From Eledone cirrhosa (lineage: Eukaryota): DNA of 64,000 nucleotides. The notes below the pieces were generated by a model. It was not told where the DNA came from. It made no database searches and worked only from the letters and a program-made list of their open reading frames with translations. The translations under genes and the position numbers were made by a program. This document shows positions 25,005 through 39,083 of the stretch, piece by piece. Position 1 is the stretch's first letter, and each line of letters opens with the position of its first letter. Location of the stretch: assembly GCA_964016885.1 (NCBI GenBank), contig OZ024745.1, positions 56,172,001 through 56,236,000 on the forward strand, read 5' to 3'.

Positions 25005-25421
25005 ATGTGCAAAGCTGTATCTAGTACTAACTGTAATTGTAGGAATCCGGTGGACTGTCTCTATCCAGAAAATGCCTCTCCAGAAACACCCACGTCTAGT
25101 AGGGCCTACATAGTGTTAACCGCCAATAGATTCAAGCAGCATCTTTACATGCACACCCATTCTTTGCTTAGCGCTTTAAGAAGGAATATGACGTCACTTT
25201 CAACTTATATCCGAAGTCTAAAAGACAACCACACTCAATATATGTTACACTGGGAGATATTAGCTAAAGCTAGGTCGTATAACGCAAATAAAAGACCATG
25301 CGATATTTGTGCCGCTGAAGCCCTGGAAATACTCTACGCCAATGATCACATCTTAAACAAAGGTTCTTTGGTAGTTTTGGCTTGTAAACACAAATTGCAT
25401 AAAAAATTTCCTGTATTATAA
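25005..25421 (+). pseudogene. GIY-YIG endonuclease fragment, inverted arm of PLE family B
   Basis: CNCRNPVDC; AYIVLTANRFKQHLYMH; RPCDICAAE; LACKH. Confidence 0.8.
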
Positions 25422-25559
25422 TTTCCACATTATACCCCAACAACGTATTATCCTCGCTCTTTACCGTTCATTGCAAGGGAACGTCTTCACGAACCAAACT
25501 ATCGTCTTCCTGTTTTCCTTGGGCTGCAACGTTTTTCGAAATATTTACTTCTGCGTTCA

Positions 25560-25633
25560 CAGATTGATTTTTTTAGTTTCAGAAGATCCTGTTATGTGTG
25601 AAAGCAGCGATTCTTTAATTAAACTTTAATCTG
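25560..25633 (+). ncRNA. decayed copy of the family B hammerhead-like motif
   Basis: CAGAAGA and GAAA retained; stems II and III mutated. Confidence 0.45.
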
Positions 25634-25749
25634 TAATTTTAATAAATATATATATTCATATATATATAATAAATATATATCTATATCTATCTATATATAA
25701 TAAATATTTATATATAATAAATATATTTAAAAAATAAATATATAATATA

Positions 25750-25820
<71 letters not shown>

Positions 25821-25868
25821 AATATATATACATATATATATATATACATATATATACATATATATATA

Positions 25869-25904
<36 letters not shown>

Positions 25905-25910
<6 letters not shown>

Positions 25911-26563
25911 GGAAAAAATGAAACGATATTTCATTTCCCACTCTTAGTACGGCTGTTACTTAAATATAAGTATGTACACGTACATACATATATGTATACC
26001 GACGTACAGTAGTATGTATATATATATATACATACATGCACACATATATATATGCACGTATGGATTCACCGAACATTTATTATAATGCTCGGTGTGTTTG
26101 TAAACAAACATGCCGTATTAAGCCGTAGTGTCTAGCAACCACCGTTGCTCGTTTGTTCAACACTGACAAAGGAACGCTGTACTAGTTTCAAGCTTGTTAG
26201 CTATCGTCAGCAACGTATACCTTCCTGCCAGATTGTTGAACGTATATACTTACCTTATGCATATTAACGGATGAGTAGCCCAATTTGCATATCGAGTGGG
26301 TTAATCGGCCGGGTGCACCGAAAACGATAAACGGAAAAAATGAAACGATATTTCATTTCCCACTCTTAGTACGGCTGTTACTTAAATATAAGTATGTACA
26401 CGTACATACATATATGTATACCGACGTACAGTAGTATGTATATATATATATACATACATGCACACATATATATATGCACGTATGGATTCACCGAACATTT
26501 ATTATAATGCTCGGTGTGTTTGTAAACAAACATCCCGTATTAAGCCGTAGTGTCTAGCAACCA

Positions 26564-26565
<2 letters not shown>
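25905..26565 (-). mobile_element. non-coding retrozyme-like element: 422-bp unit with 239-bp terminal redundancy and one HHR
   Basis: 25905-26143 repeats at 26327-26565 (one substitution seen); HHR lies in the unique part; embedded in (TA)n. Confidence 0.8.
26155..26241 (-). ncRNA. type I hammerhead ribozyme with long interrupted stem I
   Basis: ACGTTG-CTGACGA-TAGC taacaa GCTT-GAAA-CTAG-TA-CAGCGT; distal AAGG/CCTT, CTGGCA/TGTCAG and GTTCAACA/TGTTGAAC. Confidence 0.85.
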
Positions 26566-26660
<95 letters not shown>

Positions 26661-26819
26661 AATATATATACATATATATATATATACATATATATACATA
26701 TATATATACATATATATATAATAAATATATATTATTACATATTAATATAATATATATATACATATATATATATATATACATATTATAATAAATATATATA
26801 TACATATATATATATACAT

Positions 26820-26912
<93 letters not shown>

Positions 26913-27852
26913 TATATATATATGCATATATATATATGCGGCGGAGTTTAAATAAAACATATTTCCAAAATATGACGAATTACAAGTGCAATTTGAATAA
27001 GAGTTGCCCGAGATGAGATACACTGAAAAGAATAATGCGAGAATTAGATTCAGAATAATTATTTTCAAGTTTAAAATAAGATACCATTATCACTATTTGT
27101 TGGGTGAATTACTGGAAGATACAAAAAATATTTGAGGACTCAAAAATACTTGTTAAATGTTTAGTTTATTCTCGTCAAAATTAAATCTGCATATTTGTTT
27201 CCTACGTTCACATCTCCGAAAATAAAACAGAAACATCATATTTTCAGTTTTCAATTCTTGTAAAATTTATGAGATATTCTAAACTAATGGGGATTTTCTC
27301 AATCACGTTGAATTGTTTTCGCGTGGACGTTCATTCTCACAGTGCCGTCAGAATCAATGGTGTTTCTTTTATATTTCGAATGAAAAAAATACGCTTATAT
27401 TATCCTTTGTTTCAAAAAGAATTCAAAACGACAAAAGTTGATTTTTCTTGAATAACGCATGACTAAAAACGGACACATTAATGTGTGCGTGTTCAATAAA
27501 TTGCTGGAAGCAAAATGCAATACAACACAAAAGTATTATTGTATGTATAAAACAATATGAAAAAAACATCACCAACGACGGTGTGCGTACAACCATAGAA
27601 TATCACGTCATGCAGTTAACCCGTTCAACAAGTGCAGTTGAACGTACACGAGTGCAGAATTTAATGGCTGTCACATAAGTAGTAATTATGTGACTTGCAT
27701 CTATTCAGGTTGCTCATTTTATTTTTCAATTTCATTATATACGTCTATTTTTATTTCTACCTTTCTATTATTTATAGATCTGTTGCCGAGGTGTCAAAAT
27801 AATTTATGATTCTAAAACATGGCGAAATTGCAAATGCAATTGGAAAAGGTAT

Positions 27853-27913
27853 CTCGAGATTTAGTAGCTCAAGGTAGCTCGAGATTTAGTAGCTCAAGGT
27901 AGCTCAAGATTTA
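27853..27913. repeat. 25-bp tandem repeat
   Basis: CTCGAGATTTAGTAGCTCAAGGTAG about 2.4 times. Confidence 0.8.
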
Positions 27914-29074
27914 GATACAGAGCATTTATTTTCAAGCTTAAATACGGTACAATTTTGTAGATTTATTGGTTAAGTCACCAGACATCAACAAATATTTTGG
28001 GATTCACTTTTCATGAAAGAAAACGACATACATCTTTCTCTCATAATCTGCTCCATGTCTAAACAGATTCTTGACATAACCCATTCAAACACGTTCACCA
28101 AGCAATACTTTTCAGAGATACAATCATACGAAACAGTCTATCGCTGCTTATGAAAGGAAATGGTAGGGGTGATTTTACAAGGGACCTTTGCAACTGTAGA
28201 ATGGCATCTACCGAAGTTAACTGCAGCTAAAAATTGATTTACATGTCAATAAATTTGAGCCACATGAACGGGTTTGTGAAGAATAGATTGTCCTTCTCCT
28301 CGCATTTTAACAGTACTCAAACTGAATCACTGTTCTAACAGAACTTAACCTGAAATGGTAGTCCCCCGGCAATACTTACAGGTGAGCTATATCTAAGGGT
28401 TATCCGTATACTTTCGCCCGTGTGAAAGTAGAATATATATATATAGTGAAAAGTTAGTGCCCGGCGACTGCGCTCACGCCGTTTCGACGGCAGGTGGATA
28501 ACACGAGAGAAGGGGTGGGGGTAAGAAGGATCTTAAGTTTTATAATGTCAATACATCATTTCGAAATTCATGTCGGCTAACGGGCATTCGGCATCAGATA
28601 AACTTTTATGAAACTCCATTAGTGGAGTTGTGAAATTTTAGACAGTAATAATTAATGAATTAATGTAACATTATCATTAGTAATTTTCCATAGAAATATA
28701 GTCTATGACCCTGCTATCAGCAGTCAGCATGTGAATGACCCAAATACGTGCGGTGTCATATAGTTCAAAAGGGCTAGAAGTGTTCTGTTTTGATCAATCG
28801 ATAGTAAATTAAGCGACATACCGTAGAATATAACGCTTTAAATATTGTATTTACACAATTAGTTGATAAAGTAAAAGACATTTTACTCTGCGTAAAAGAC
28901 CACAGAGATGCAAAGTGGCAAGAAAATATCTTTGCCGATAATATATTCTGTGTATTTAATTTATGGTTTCATCTCTCTAATTTGAATAAAGAATGCCCCG
29001 TTCAACTAATTGTATAAGGGGATCAACTAAACTATAACGTCAAGTTTGATGGCCTTGTGACTAAACAACAACAG

Positions 29075-29525
29075 TAATAATGCTTTCTGATTTAGGCACG
29101 AGGCCAACAATTTTGGTACTTTATTTTCGACCCTGTAAGGATGAAAGGCAAAGCTAACTCCGACGAGATTTGAAATCAGAAAGTATAGAGCTGTAATTAT
29201 AGGCCGAGAAGCATGTTTTCCGACGCTCTACCGTTACTGCCAACCCAGTGCTATAATAATAATTGTTTCTACTTTTTGTACAAGGCCAGCAATTACCCAG
29301 TACATTACTGGTACTTTATTTTATCGACCCCGTAAGGATGAAAGGCAAAGTTAACCTCAGCGGGATTTGAAATCAGATCGTAAAGGGACGTAACTACGCT
29401 GGAAAGTGTGTCTGACCCTCTACCAATACTGCCAATAATAATAATGGTTTCTAATTTTAGGCTCAAGGACAATAATTTTGGAGGATGGGAAAGTCGATTA
29501 AATCGACCCCAGTTGATTACTGATG
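29075..29525 (-). mobile_element. three stacked SINE copies
   Basis: About 29075-29250, 29253-29435 and a partial copy at 29436-29525; each begins at (AAT)n. Confidence 0.85.
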
Positions 29526-29539
29526 CTTAGGTCTGTCAT

Positions 29540-32320
29540 AGGTGAGCAGCATGGGCCCGATCGTCAACTTATTACAGCTAGAACTGAAAGAACAAAGAGA
29601 ATGTACATAGCTGTCATGGAATTATTCTATTTAATTACAACGTTTGATGATGAATAGAAGTGAATATGGGGTTTCCGGAAATGAATGCATAGCATATGGA
29701 ATCAAAGACAAGGTATGAAAAGGGGTTGTTTGACCAAGCAAAGATAATTGAGAAGAATGGATGGTTAAGAGCACTTGAACTAGAAGAGTTAAAAAGGAGG
29801 ATGTTGGACGAAGAGAGAATGATAACTGAAGAAGAGGATGTGGTGGAAGATGTTGAGAGGGTTAAAGTCGTAAATGCTGAAGAGATCGCTTTGAATGATA
29901 ATGGAAAGGAAAATAGAGGCGATGTAATGTTGATTGTATATAGGGAAACATTAAGTGAAGAAGATAATCGTGTGATCGGCGATATTGTAGAACTGGTGGA
30001 TAATGAACTGAGAAAGATATCAAGGAATTTAAGAGAGTTGACAGGAGTCCACTTAGGAAATGGATGAAAAGGGTAAATAGAGTGGCATCTGAAATAAAGG
30101 CAGATGACATAACAGCAACAAGCGACCTAATCGAATCATTTACTCTATATATTGGGAGAAACCAAATAAGAAATTACGAAGGAAAAGATCCTTGGTGAAA
30201 AAGAATAGATCATGAAGGAAATAAGATATCAGCATACTAGACAAAAGAAATGAGGCGAATACTGGATAAAACATATGAGTATAAATATTGTTTTCGATGA
30301 ACTTAAACAGAGGCTACAAGCTAAAGCAACCACAATTAAAAGGTACAAACAGGATAGATTCATATAATATCCACAAACTGTTCAAACATGATAAAGAAAA
30401 CCTTTACCAATAGTGGAATAGGTTGGAATTAAACAACAATACCTGATGTTAAAAAGAGTAATGTAAGCTGGAGTAACATCTGGGATAGTAATAAAAGCCT
30501 TGAGAAAGAAAATGAGTGGTTGAATGAATTTGACTTCATTACATGAGAGAATAGATTTGCAAATGAATGATATGAGTAACAAGGCTGTGGAGATCCCAAC
30601 ATAGATGTCTAAGGGAAGGATAGAATTGTGCCAAAAATATACTGCAAATGGAAATGCTGTTAATAATTATAGACCAATCTCATGCTTACCCAACATCTGG
30701 AAGCTGATGTCGGGAATCATATCCAAATTTGTATATGATTTCCTTAGAGCCAACGGTAAACAACATGTGGAACAGAAAGGATGTCGAAAGAAAAGCCGTG
30801 GAACAAAGGATCGGCTCTTCATTGATATAATGATGTTTAAATACTATAAAGGGGATATGTTTAAATGAATACAAAAGAAGACTAACATGTGTACTTAAGT
30901 CGAAACTTAATGGCAGGTTTAAGATAACGGCAATTAATTTATGGGGTAAGCTAAAACGCCTTGATAGAATGACAAAGAAATCGTGGACTATGTATGGAGC
31001 ACTCCACCCTAAAAGTGATGTCGGCAGAATATATGTAACAAGGAACAATGGGGGAGGTGTTTAAGAATGTGTGAGGAATGTGTGAGGATTGAAGAGAATA
31101 ACCTTGCTTGGTTTTATCAGAAATGAGGAAGAATTACTGCTAAAAACGGTAAACGGAAATCGTGTTATTGGAAATGGTAAGCTTACGAATGACTATGAAC
31201 GGGAAAAGGGAATGAAAAATGTGACTAAATGGAAGGGAAAACTAATGTATGTATGGAAGATGGTTTGAGACAAATGCCAGACATAGCACATAAGGAGATC
31301 TCTTGGGGTTGGCTCAAGAAATCTAACTTCAAAACAACTGAAGCTTTAGTTTTCTCCGTTCAAGAGCAAGCAATCAAAACCAACTTCATAAAAACCAAAA
31401 TAGATAAAACTGTAGATTCACCCTTTTGTAGACTATGCAGTGAAAATAACGAGAGTGTGTGTCCCATTATTAGTGAATGCTACAAATTAACTAAAAGAGA
31501 ATAAAAGAGATGGCCTGATACAGTTGCTAAGATGAATCATTGGAAGCTCAGTGGGAAGTATCCTCTGAAACGAAATTAACTGTGGTATGAACATCAATCA
31601 GAACGAGTTGTTGACAATGAAGATGTAACGGTCTTATAAGCCATCACAATACATCGCGATAATATAATAACAGCGAGGAAACCTGACATAGTTGTGATAG
31701 AAAAAATGAGATAGGATATGTCAAATTATTGATGTCACCATTCCCAGAAATGAAAGCATCCACCCTAAAAAAATGTAGAATGTTAATAAATAATTGTTTC
31801 TACTTTTGGCACAAGGCCAGCAATTACCCAGTGTATTACTAGTACTTTATTTTATCGACTCCGTAAGGATGAAAGGCAAAGTTAACCTTGGCGGGATTTG
31901 AACTCAGAATGGCAAGGGCCGTAACTCTATGCGTCAAAGCATGGCGTCCGACCCTCTACCGATACTGCCAATCCACCGCCCTTAGAATGTTAATAAATAA
32001 TTGTTTCTACTTTAGGCACAAGGCCAGCAAATTACCCAGTGCATTACTGGTACTTTATTTTATCGACCCCGTAAGGATGAAAGGGAAAGTCAACCTCGGC
32101 GGGATTTGAACTCAGATCGTAAAGGGACGTAACTATGCTGGAAAGCATGGCGTCCGACCTTCTACCGATACTGCCAATCCACAATAAATAATAGGGCCTT
32201 AGAATACAAGTCCAATGAATATGGAACATAACGAAGTTTGAGGCCATACCAATATTGATAGTTGCTCTTTATTGTGTGACCAAGAACTTACTAAAAGGAT
32301 AGAAAACATGGGATCCAAGT
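29540..32320 (+). pseudogene. decayed R4/Dong-like non-LTR retrotransposon (RT, CCHC knuckle, restriction-like endonuclease)
   Basis: NYRPISCLPNIWKLMSGII; EQKGCRKKSRGTKD; LHPKSDVGRIY; EALVFSVQEQAIKT; CRLC...IISEC; RKPDIVV; IIDVTIP; many stops and deletions. Confidence 0.8.
31786..32182 (-). mobile_element. two tandem SINE copies inserted in the R4/Dong remnant
   Basis: 31786-31982 and 31993-32182; TAGAATGTTAATAAATAAT duplicated at 31776 and 31983. Confidence 0.9.
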
Positions 32321-33106
32321 TATATATATGTGGGTGTGTCTGGGCAGATTTGTGAGTGCATATAATATATGTAAAATTTTAAAGTTAAGTGACACTTTAA
32401 CTGCGAGTGTAAGTTCCGAAAACGAACATTTCTGCAGTCGACATTTTTTTCAATTTTAACTTCTCTTGGATTTTACCTTTCAAACAATGTTGATTGCAAG
32501 CGATTTAATACAAGGGTGATTCCCTTGTACTAAATGATTTTAGAGGATGTAGGAATATGATAATATTTGCTCAAAACATTACAACGGCCAGAATACGGAT
32601 GTTAATTATTCTGCAAACGACAATTATTTATAGATGTGTGCCATATTAACGTTGCTATGACTTTCCTGTGTGACAAATGTAACAACATTCATGACGTTAT
32701 TGATTGCCATTCCCCGATTGATTAATATTTTAAATATAGACCAGAACAACACCTCCCTGGCAGGCTATTCATCTAAATCTATATTTGTACGGGTAAGTAG
32801 CATTGTAGGTTTTTATTTTGCTATAGTATTTACAGTTAGTTAAAGCGAAAATATATCAATATATATTTTAGCAACCTTGTATTGTTAGGTAATACGAATT
32901 TATGTGTATATACTCTCAAAAATGAATGTGTTTTATTCTAGGGAGTTGTGTGCAAATTATGCCACTTAGTACTTTACACGGCCGAATTCTTCATTGTTGT
33001 GTTACGAAATATATATGAATCTTACAAGTGTATCAATAATTTTAGATATTCAATAGTAATTTATCACCAGATATGCATTGACTAATATTGTATTGATATA
33101 CATTTG

Positions 33107-33320
33107 AAGGGTGGTAGCTTAACAGAAACGATATGGCATCGAGGGAAGTGTTATGTGACGTTTTCCCCGAATTTATACATACTGTGTTCAAATCCAGTTG
33201 AGTTTGCTTGTCATTCTTAGTGGTGAGGTATTAAAAATTGCCAATCCAATATTGGGGTCGATTCGACCGACATTCCTATCCTCTCAAATTGCTGGTCTTG
33301 TGGCTATGCTGGAAATCATT
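33107..33320 (+). mobile_element. old diverged SINE copy
   Basis: GTTCAAATCC B box; GGGGTCGAT; AAATTGCTGGTCTTGTG tail. Confidence 0.6.
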
Positions 33321-35750
33321 TCTATACACATTTGAAACAATTTGCCATTTAATTATTAAAATTCCTTAGTAAAGGCTTAAATGTGATACATTTTCATTTT
33401 CCTTCGTATTACCCATAAACTACCACTACCATTTTCTTTCTGAAACTATATCTGTAGAATTTTCTTTAGTCTCACAAATCTTTTAAAATTTACGAATAAT
33501 TATTTCCTTTCCAATACCATTATCTGAATACATTTTAATTATAATGCATATCCTTATGTTATCTTAAAGATGTTATGCATTTTCCCGATCTCCATCACAT
33601 TCTTTCGTACACTATTAAGGAGATAAAGATGCAAGCTTTTGATGTTGATAATAATTCAACCCTTTATTACGTCACGTTCGTTCTTCATTCAATTACATTG
33701 CTTTATTTTGATTATATCACGTTGCTCTCGGGTTAAACAGAAAATAAAATACGAATATTAAACAGGTAGTATCTGTTCATACGATAAGAGCAGCTTCTAA
33801 TGGAGTATAGTATTCTAGATTACGGCAGATTAAGCAGACAGGATAACACTGACCTAAAATGTCAGACTATTTTAACACAAATCAGTAAACTGATTGAAAC
33901 AAGTTTGAAAGTTAATCCTATAGAAGAATTTGAAATATTAATTCCTGGATTTTATCCCTTTATAAAATATCAATTTTTACTGCCTGCTCTGTCAAAATAT
34001 TTCAACAAATTTAAAATATGCTATGAAATGAACATTACTCTCACATGAATTCCAAACGAACGACTGGCAAACGTCTGCCAATATTCATGCTTTTTATGTA
34101 AATTGCCACAAGATATTTTCAAATCTTGACACGGATTCATTTTAATTAATTTGTGCATACAATTTAAAAACACATTACCAGTAAGTGATATAAGATCAGC
34201 ATTTACTTTTACACTAATTCTGGACAACACCCTAAAGATAAATCTTCTGAAACATTTGTTTTGAAATTAGGCCTGTACTTGTGACATACACGATGCAAGG
34301 AAACATGATTTCATTTCAGTTTTATATGCTACCAAAACCGTAATTAATTCAGCAGGAATTTCTTTTATATTTGTGATGACTAGTGCAAGACACAAAGACA
34401 GAATTTCTAGCTAAATGAATCGATCAAAGAGAAGATAACTCTTTCAATATCCGAAGTTTACAGTTCCTCGCGTTTTTCGGAATATACATCATCTCGATAG
34501 ATATTAAAACATTATGGACTTCTACACATATGAGCAACATGTCAGCAACACTTATAGATGTCATATGGATTACTTTTCAATTCTTTGACACTGGGGGAAT
34601 TTAGTGCTTAATATATTTCTTAAAGAGATCTACGTTAAGAGAAATGCGTCTGTGGAATGCTAAGACACATGAACGTTAATTTCAGGAAAAGGCTGTTGCG
34701 TTGAACGTATCATCTATAGTACTCTTCGCCATAACCGTCGGGGTACCAATAAATAATTCTATATATTATCGTGATAACATATATAATGCTTTTTGTTTTT
34801 GCTTTTTCTAATACTGGATAACTTAATTAACACACCGCAATTTTAATGCAATTGTCACTTATTAATGACCTCATAACATCATGTTAGTTTGAAGATAATG
34901 GAACTACCGGTACAATTGATACACAACGCATAAAATTCAACTAATCAGTTCGCTCAACTACCCACTGACTATGTTCCGATGAGATTCCTTTTACAGATTT
35001 GACCATGCCATTCTCATGTACACAACCTTTTCTTATTTATTTCATAGATATAAGACATTACCATAAGTGATATGTGTGTACATAAAAAAGGAATGAATGA
35101 CAAAGGGGATCGTTCTGATAACCAGGGATGAATAGGTTAAATATTTGAACTATAAAGAAGAGTGCTAATGTTTTGGCAGACAATAATAGGAAAATAATCA
35201 TAAATACATAATTACATAAACGCAATAAAATCTATCCGAGATCATCGCTTATATATTCGAATACCGCAAGGAATACATAGGTTATATTTACATATGTAGC
35301 TTAAATTTGATTCGTTGAATGGGATATCAGTAGGTTTCCATTTATAGTCATCTTGTTATAACATTTAAATCCCGATTGTTTAGATATATTTAAAAACAAA
35401 ATGTATATATAGTGTAAAATAAATATCTTTTCGCTAATAAATTGACCCTAATATCAATAAACTCTAATAAACTTTGCCCGTACAATTACTCTAGTGTAAT
35501 ACAAGATCTGAAGTGTGACCAAAAGTAGTCAGTACACACACATTTAGATTCTTATTGACACAATTCTTTTTAAAAAAAGGTCAACAAGTTTGCGTACCTT
35601 TCAATTAAATAAACAGAAAACTAATCTGAAAATATATTTAAGCGATAGGAATTTAATATATACACAACAAATTGAACACACGGAAACACACATAGTCTAA
35701 TACCGAAGCATGCACATATGTATATATGTGTGTATATATATATTTATATA

Positions 35751-35803
<53 letters not shown>

Positions 35804-35905
35804 ATATGTGTGTGTGTATATATATATCCGAACGTGTTGTTTTACAAACACGAGGAAAATGCTCGATACCAAAATAAATAATAATGTGTATTCATTATAT
35901 TACTC

Positions 35906-36090
35906 GGATTGGAAGTATCGGTAGAGGGTCAGACGCCATGCTTTGAAGCATAGAGTTACCTCTCTTTATGATCTGAGTTCAAATCCCGCCGAGATTAACT
36001 TTGCCTTTCATCCTTACGGGGTCGATAAAATAAAGTACCAGTAATGCACTGGGAAATTGCTGGCCTTGTGCCAAAAGTAGAAACAATTAT
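35906..36090 (+). mobile_element. tRNA-derived SINE with TSD ATTATATTACTC
   Basis: Family match; TSD at 35894-905 and 36086-97. Confidence 0.9.
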
Positions 36091-36129
36091 ATTACTCAGA
36101 TTATCGTTATTCATCTAACTCTCACATAT

Positions 36130-37090
36130 ATTGTTCTTGGTCTATGGGCTTGGTGTCATCTTGGTCAGCGTTCCCTGAGGTGTCATCGTGCGTAGAGCCA
36201 ACCAGGTCCACCAGTGGCCAACATCGCTGAAGGTCCTGTACCAACACCTCTACGTTCAGCAGCGTAACGTCGCGCAACTGGAGATCGATTCGGACTGGAG
36301 GGTGATGAAGAAAAGGATGAAGTTCTCCTTCCAACGTTCGAGTTGGATGTTTTCCGTAGTGATGAGTCTACCATTGGTATCCTTCAGCAGTGATGCCTTG
36401 ATATTTGGATCGACATGACCTCTGCGAAGCATGTTGAAGACCTGGTTGAACACCAGCAATCGATCGTTGGTAGTTCCACGTTGAGCTCCTCTGTAGACCC
36501 GGCAATTAGTAACCAGTGACCTCAAGCGACTGGAGATGATGATGTGGCTGAGTATCTTCCGTGTGTAGCAGTTCGGACTCTACAATGTCCAATGATGTAT
36601 GATTTTGCGGGGGGAACCAGGTGTCGGCGATACAGAGATGGTTGTAGTAGCAGAGGTACAGTAGGCTATTACTGTTATCATTGGTGTTTGGATCAGCAAA
36701 GTTTGTGCCAATAGGTTGCGTCTGGAGTGGGTCGGTTGGAGGGAGTGTAGTGGAAGACGAGCTGTTAGCATTGGCGTCCGTCAGGATGCTCGTGATGTCA
36801 CGGGTGGGATTTTTCTTAAAACCTGTTAGAGTTGGTGGTAGTATTCGGCCTTGACAGTATCATCTGCGACGTCCGTATGGGCATAAGCAATAATGTTAGA
36901 CATATTCCCGTGTCGGTGGAGAAAACGGTCTCTCACCCCGTTCCAGCTGATCAGTGACTTGGGCATGTCCAGCGCCACGCTGCAGAGGCCCGTCTGGTCT
37001 CGGGCTCACTCCATACGAGGCAATGTCCTCCGGCGATGAATTCGCCACTACCAGACAAGTGAGTCACACAGAGTACCGCTTGGGTATTGT
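36130..37090 (-). pseudogene. RTE-like LINE remnant (APE endonuclease and internally deleted remainder)
   Basis: HHWT.SP..TRK.LSHIIISSRLRSLVTNCRVYRGA...NDRLLV; LKDTNGRLIT...QLERWKE. Confidence 0.7.
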
Positions 37091-38812
37091 TACAATGGGA
37101 CATTTATAAATAAAATTAGAGACGGATTGAAACGATACTAATGATACAGTGTATATTCGGTCTCCAGCCCTTTGATATAAACGGAGACTTCCAAAATATT
37201 TCTTAATTTTTTGTGTTTACAGGATACTAACTACCATGCATATTATACCACAGCAGCTGGAACGTTTAACACAGGTATTGTTTGGAAAATATGCAAGAGG
37301 TCAATGGGAAACTAACGAAGCAGAATTGATTCGTCACTGTGCTGGACGCGGTGTATTCTTGAGGTTAACCGAAACATTTTATTAGGAGAGAAACAAGAAA
37401 AACAACAAACACATACTTCAAATGAAATAGCTGAAACGGTTTTTAAAAAGATATCCAGAGAACTGCCTAAAATATATTAACGCAACCAGTCATTAAACTA
37501 AACATGAAGAAGGCGAAACCTGAAAGAATACAACATTGAAGCAAAGGGAAAGTAGCCTCTTTGACCAATGTCCAAACTTTGTGCTAGCCTCTCGACCACA
37601 CAAGAGAAAAGAAAACAATATTACGTTGTACAGTGAAAGGAAGAGAATTTGGGAGCTGAGAGGGATAAACTTGGTCATAGCAGATAATATGAAAGAAAGT
37701 TTAGAAAATAAACAAAAATACTGTGTAGCGTCAGAAAGATCTGTAAATCAAACAGAATGAAATGATATGAACTGAACAAACAATATCCGATTTTAATCCA
37801 TCCGTTCTAGACAAAGAAAACCAAATGATTTCTCGGTGTTTCGTTACTTATGGATGTGGAGGAGTATATACTACAAGAAATGGAAAAATTATCACAGCAA
37901 CTATTTGGGAAATAGACCGGGGCAAAATAGATTCATCATACCATCTAATCTATCTCAGCTGATCTCTCTGTCTAACAAACCACACATACGCATATCGAAG
38001 CATAGCGACAAGGGTGAGTACATAAAGAATGTTATAGATGTTACCACACCCCTAAAAAAAAACTAAAATTGCACATACCGATGAAGAATATTTAGCGTTC
38101 TGTGAGGCTTCAACAATCCGTAATGAGAACTTGTATCACTATATGCAAATAAGCAATTGCGACCGATGTTTTATACACAAAAGGGTATATAAGTTATAAT
38201 TTAGTCCACTCTCAGTACCGAGTGAGTAAACGTTACCAATGACGGATGAAAATCCAGAAGCACATTCCTGTTGTTCTTATATGGCCACTGATAGAACAAT
38301 GGCCTGATCATAGTTCAGAACATTCATAGCGAGTCGCGATGTGTTTATTATAAGAAAAATAACATATAAGCCGGCATAAACACATCTATTATGTATAGTG
38401 TTAGTGTTAGTGGCACTGCTAATATATTCAGCAATCTGAATATCTTAATGAAATAACATTTTGGTAAATCATATTTATTATATACATTTTATGGAGATGG
38501 GTTATGTAAATAAAGTTTAGTAATTCCTCCATTTACCATCACATACAATTCCCTTTAATTTCTTTGAGGGTAAATGACAATTTTCATTTGAATTTTATGA
38601 AGATAAGCTCTTTCTACATTTTCGAAAATGTCTTATAGCAAAATATACATTATTAATAATGTCAAGAGGAAACGATGTTAGGGGCATTTCAGAGAAATTA
38701 TGTCATATTACACACACACATATATATATATATATATATTTATATATATGTGTGTGTATATATATGTATGTGTATATATATGTATGTGTATGTATATATA
38801 TATATATATATA

Positions 38813-39013
38813 TATAGGAACAAGTAAGACCCCGACGGCTGAGCTCAAGCTGTTTCGACGGCTAATTCTGGACACGAGTCCAGAATTAGCCGTCGAAACG
38901 GCTTGAGCTCAGCCGTCGGGGTCTTACTTGTTCCTATTACCCACTCTACTACCCTAAGTATTGAGTACTTTGGTGCGTTATGGTCCACCTGGTTCCTTAC
39001 CACATTTCCTTCG

Positions 39014-39018
<5 letters not shown>
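38813..39018. mobile_element. mini fold-back of PLE family A termini
   Basis: Inverted HHR 3' halves meeting at TCTGGAC/GTCCAGA, plus full 3' tail on +, within (TA)n. Confidence 0.85.

Positions 39019-39080
<62 letters not shown>

Positions 39081-39083
<3 letters not shown>

Larger units (their letters stand above)
22806..25645 (-). mobile_element. decayed PLE family B (Hydra-clade-like) with deletions, 5' partial pseudo-LTR (24855-24938) and inverted arm (24940-25645)
   Basis: RT fragments (RLINP, QFDINNYY, GLYRDDG, NYLDVTL, WYNPPYN); endonuclease fragment on + at 25005-25421 (CNCx5C, CDIC, ACKH). Confidence 0.88.

Noticed and set aside
33400-38500. Possible host exons or transposase/polymerase remnants outside the SINE and RTE pieces
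   Set aside because: No sustained ORF or recognisable motif set
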